From contig OY970359.1 in NCBI GenBank assembly GCA_963718665.1, forward strand, positions 1,920,001 to 1,984,000: 64,000 bases of DNA, in the 5' to 3' direction. The stretch's first letter is position 1, and each line of letters opens with the position of its first letter. Made by a program: the position numbers and the translations under genes. The notes beneath the pieces are model-generated. The model saw nothing but the letters and a program-made list of their open reading frames with translations, was not told where the DNA came from and did not search any database. Of this stretch, positions 62,278-64,000 are shown piece after piece. Origin of the DNA: an uncultured Phycisphaerales bacterium. GTDB lineage: Bacteria; Planctomycetota; Phycisphaerae; Sedimentisphaerales; Anaerobacaceae.

Positions 62278-63240
62278 ATGGCACACAGATATATCAGCGA
62301 AATAGCGCCGGGCGAGGTGATTGACGATATCTACCTTGTAAAAGAGCCGATTCTGCGCAGCACGTCGCGTGGCGATTTGTATATAGCGATGTTCCTTTGC
62401 GATAAGACGGGGCAATTGAACGGCCGAATCTGGCAGGCAAGTGAGGCGATGTATGGGGAACTGCCCAAGCCGGGGTTCGTGCGGATAAAGGGAAGAAGCG
62501 AAGTATATCAGAACAGCTTGCAGATTGTGGTGAATAATATCAGCGTCGTCGATTCGAGCAAGGTCAATATCGAGGAGTTTCTGGCCCGCACGGATAAAGA
62601 CGTTGACGAGATGTGGGCGGACGTAAAGCGGATTGCAGGCGGGGTGAAAAATAAGCAGTTGAAGACGATTGTGGATGAATTCATAGCGGATGAGAAGCTG
62701 ATGAAGCGTTTTTGCAGTTGTCCGGGCGGGATGTCGATGCATCACGATTGTATCGGCGGGTTGCTTGAGCATACGTGGAACATGCTGCGGGTTGCTTTGG
62801 CGATACTGCCTTTGTACCCTCAGGTGCAGGCGGATTTGGTGCTGGCGGGGATTTTTATCCACGATATGGGCAAGACCGAAGAGCTAACATACGATACGGC
62901 GTTTTCATATACGGATTCGGGTCAGCTCATCGGGCACATAACTAAAACAATTATTATGCTGCACAAAAAGGTGGACATATTGGCTGCCAAAGGTGTGCCG
63001 ATAGACGGGGCGGTATTGGATATGCTGGGGCACATCGTTTTGTCGCATCACGGGGAATATGAATTCGGCTCGCCCAAGCTGCCTGCGACGGCGGAGGCGT
63101 TTATGGTTTGTTATATCGATGACCTCGACGCCAAAATGAACCAGGTTACGCGATTGATTGAGGATGAGCCGGGCGATTCCAACTGGACGGGTTGGCAAAA
63201 GCCGTTGGAAACAAAGCTTTATCGCAAGAGGATAGAGTAG
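62278..63240 (+). CDS. YhaM/CBF1-like OB-fold plus HD-domain 3'-5' exoribonuclease
   Basis: DKTG OB-fold, HH...GGLLEH, HDMGK, HHG..EFGSP. Confidence 0.9.
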   Translation: MAHRYISEIAPGEVIDDIYLVKEPILRSTSRGDLYIAMFLCDKTGQLNGRIWQASEAMYGELPKPGFVRIKGRSEVYQNSLQIVVNNISVVDSSKVNIEEFLARTDKDVDEMWADVKRIAGGVKNKQLKTIVDEFIADEKLMKRFCSCPGGMSMHHDCIGGLLEHTWNMLRVALAILPLYPQVQADLVLAGIFIHDMGKTEELTYDTAFSYTDSGQLIGHITKTIIMLHKKVDILAAKGVPIDGAVLDMLGHIVLSHHGEYEFGSPKLPATAEAFMVCYIDDLDAKMNQVTRLIEDEPGDSNWTGWQKPLETKLYRKRIE

Positions 63241-63275
63241 CACTATCTGGTCGCAGGGGGGTATAATCGGCGGAT

Positions 63276-64000
63276 ATGGCAAATCAGCAGGTACAAATCT
63301 ATACCGTCAGCCAGTTGACGGCGCTGATAAAGACGACGCTGGAAAATAATCTCCCCGGGCGATTGACGGTGAGGGGCGAGATTAGCGACTGGAAGCTGCA
63401 TTCGAGCGGGCACTGTTATTTTTCGCTCAAGGATGAGGGGTCGGTATTGCCTTGCGTGATGTGGGGGAGCAATTTCAAGAAGGTTAAGTTTAAGCCGGAG
63501 AGCGGTCTTGCGGTTTTCGCGACGGGTAACGTCGATGTTTATGAGCCGCAGGGGAAATACCAGTTTTACGTCGAGAGGATGGAACCGGCGGGGGTAGGTG
63601 CACTGCAACTGGCATTTGAGCAATTGGTCAAGCGGTTATCGGCGCAGGGATTGTTCGATGAGGCGCATAAAAAGCCGCTGCCGAAGTATCCAAGGCGGAT
63701 AGGGGTATTAACGAGCGAATCGGGGGCGGCGTTTGATGATATCAGGAAAAGCATTTTTGACCGCTGGCCCTGCGTGTTGTGTTTTTACCCGGTGCCTGTG
63801 CAGGGAGAAGGCGCTGCTGAGAAAATCGCCTTGGGCGTTAAGGACGTCAATCGCAGAAACGACAAATTGAAGCTCGATATTTTGATTGTGGGCAGGGGCG
63901 GCGGGTCGCTTGAGGATTTGTGGGCGTTTAATGAGGAGGTTTTGGCGCGTGCGATTTACGATTCGAAGATACCTATAATCAGCGCGGTGGGCCACGAGAT
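63276..64000 (+). CDS. xseA: Exodeoxyribonuclease VII large subunit, runs off window
   Basis: Translated by hand: YTVSQL, GEIS, SGHCYFSLKD, VQGEGA, GRGGGSLEDLWAFN, ISAVGHE. Confidence 0.95.
   Translation, partial: MANQQVQIYTVSQLTALIKTTLENNLPGRLTVRGEISDWKLHSSGHCYFSLKDEGSVLPCVMWGSNFKKVKFKPESGLAVFATGNVDVYEPQGKYQFYVERMEPAGVGALQLAFEQLVKRLSAQGLFDEAHKKPLPKYPRRIGVLTSESGAAFDDIRKSIFDRWPCVLCFYPVPVQGEGAAEKIALGVKDVNRRNDKLKLDILIVGRGGGSLEDLWAFNEEVLARAIYDSKIPIISAVGHE

Noticed and set aside
1..64000. CRISPR array, DGR, retron or defence system
   Set aside because: No regularly spaced repeat-spacer array, reverse transcriptase, cas or recognisable defence gene

Overview
Bacterial chromosome segment, most likely from a Planctomycetota (Phycisphaerae/Sedimentisphaerales-like) genome. 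That call is an inference from the DUF1559-type prepilin genes and dockerin-like 'DF.DF..FA..WL' tails. Positions 1-30.3 kb and 50.2-64 kb are mostly core genes: hemC, groEL-groES-groEL-dnaJ-grpE, truA, asd, a DEAD-box helicase, GH78/GH94, fhs-folD, a Gld-type ABC transporter, tmRNA, a fliA/flgB-like/MerR/GGDEF module, yebC, WecA plus an O-antigen-ligase-like gene, proS and xseA. Between them is a ~19.6 kb integrase-less island bounded by a perfect 28-bp duplication of the tmRNA 3' end (30643-30670 and 50217-50244). The island carries two IS elements, large secreted glycan-binding proteins, pilin-like genes, gene fragments and an AraC-linked operon (GDP-mannose-3,5-epimerase-like, GHMP kinase-like, L-sugar mutarotase, GH2, GH29). 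That operon may be an undescribed nucleotide-sugar route for L-galactose-type sugars. Other leads: nested 30-bp palindromic mini-elements inserted in frame in prepilin leaders, an apparent D/E-x-N excess in secreted proteins, a candidate structured RNA at 16.0-16.2 kb and a terminator-containing asd leader. Two single-base frameshifts (groEL copy 1, GH78) look like sequencing errors. All calls were made by eye; no searches were run.
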